Assembly (NCBI RefSeq): GCF_009914755.1
Contig: NC_060948.1
Length of the DNA stretch: 64,000 nucleotides
Reading direction: 5' to 3' (one strand)
From: the human T2T-CHM13v2.0 reference genome, Homo sapiens
Both the position numbers and the translations under genes were made by a program. A model generated the notes under the pieces. The model saw only the letters and a program-made list of their open reading frames with translations, was not told the DNA's origin and ran no database searches. This document shows, piece after piece, positions 63,301 through 64,000 of the stretch. How positions within the stretch are numbered: the stretch's first letter is position 1; every line of letters starts with the position of its first letter.

Positions 63301-64000
63301 ATGTCCCCTGTAGGAAAAGCCTAGAGAATAGTTACATCACCTTTGTCTTCAGTTCAGGGATATGTGAAAACGCCACTGTACGCAGAGCCTAGACAAAAGT
63401 TACATCACCTAGTTCATCAGTGCAGAGATATTTCACAACACCCACTGTAGGCAGAACCTAGACAAGAGTTGAATCACCTGGGTGATTTTGTGCAGAGATA
63501 TTTCACAGTGCCCCCTTTGGGCAGAGGGTAGACAAGAGTTACATCACCTAGGTGATCAGTGCAGAGATTTGTCAGAATTCCCTGTAGGCAGTGCTTATAA
63601 AAGTGTTACATCACCTAGGTGATCAGTGCAGAGATTTGTCAAAATTCCCTGTAGGCAGTGCTTATAAAAGTGTTACATCACCTAAGTGATCAGTGCAGAG
63701 ATATGTCACAAAGCTCCTGTAGGCAGAACTTGGATGAGTTATATCACCTGGGTTATCAGTGCAAAGGTATGTCACAAAGCCCCCTGTAGGCAAAGCCTAG
63801 ACAATAGTTACAACAGTTGGTTGATCAGTGGCGAGATCTCTCACAATTACCCTGTAGGCAGAGCTTATACAACAGTTACATCACCTGGGTGATCAGTGCA
63901 GAGATATGTCACAATGCCCCCATAGGCAGATCCAAGACAAGAGTCCATCACCTGGGTGATCAGTGCAGAAATATGTCACAATGCCCCCTTAGGCAGATCC
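60229..64000. repeat. Beta satellite (68-bp) array, running off the end of the window
   Basis: Tandem 67-69-bp monomers, as in 55441-57470. Confidence 0.96.

Noticed and set aside
60229-64000. ORFs with repeated 'ITWVISAEICHNAP' peptides
   Set aside because: Translations of beta-satellite monomers.

Overview
Hominoid primate (human/great-ape type) pericentromeric or acrocentric-arm DNA. No intact protein-coding gene was found. The window has five zones. (1) 1-41.86 kb: AT-rich, transposon-rich, originally euchromatic-looking sequence with old L1M, MIR, L2, CR1, Tigger and MER elements, six Alus, three solo LTRs, three truncated L1PA 3' ends and one full-length dead L1PA4-like element with its TSD. 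(2) 41.86-42.2 kb: an internal L1 ORF2 fragment fused directly to satellite. (3) 42.2-55.44 kb: a layered satellite III (CATTC)n array whose first ~6 kb carries about 16 co-amplified ~60-bp Alu fragments. (4) 68-bp beta satellite at 55.44-57.47 kb and 60.23-64 kb. (5) 57.47-60.23 kb: an embedded D4Z4-like cassette with a DUX4-like pseudogene and a pLAM-like 3' junction that lacks the FSHD poly(A) signal. The main points of interest are the Alu-satellite composite, DUX4-motif-like variants in the middle satellite layer, the structure of the pLAM-like junction and a probable L1 3' transduction. All family and subfamily calls were made by eye from recalled consensus sequences, not from database searches, and old-repeat boundaries are approximate.
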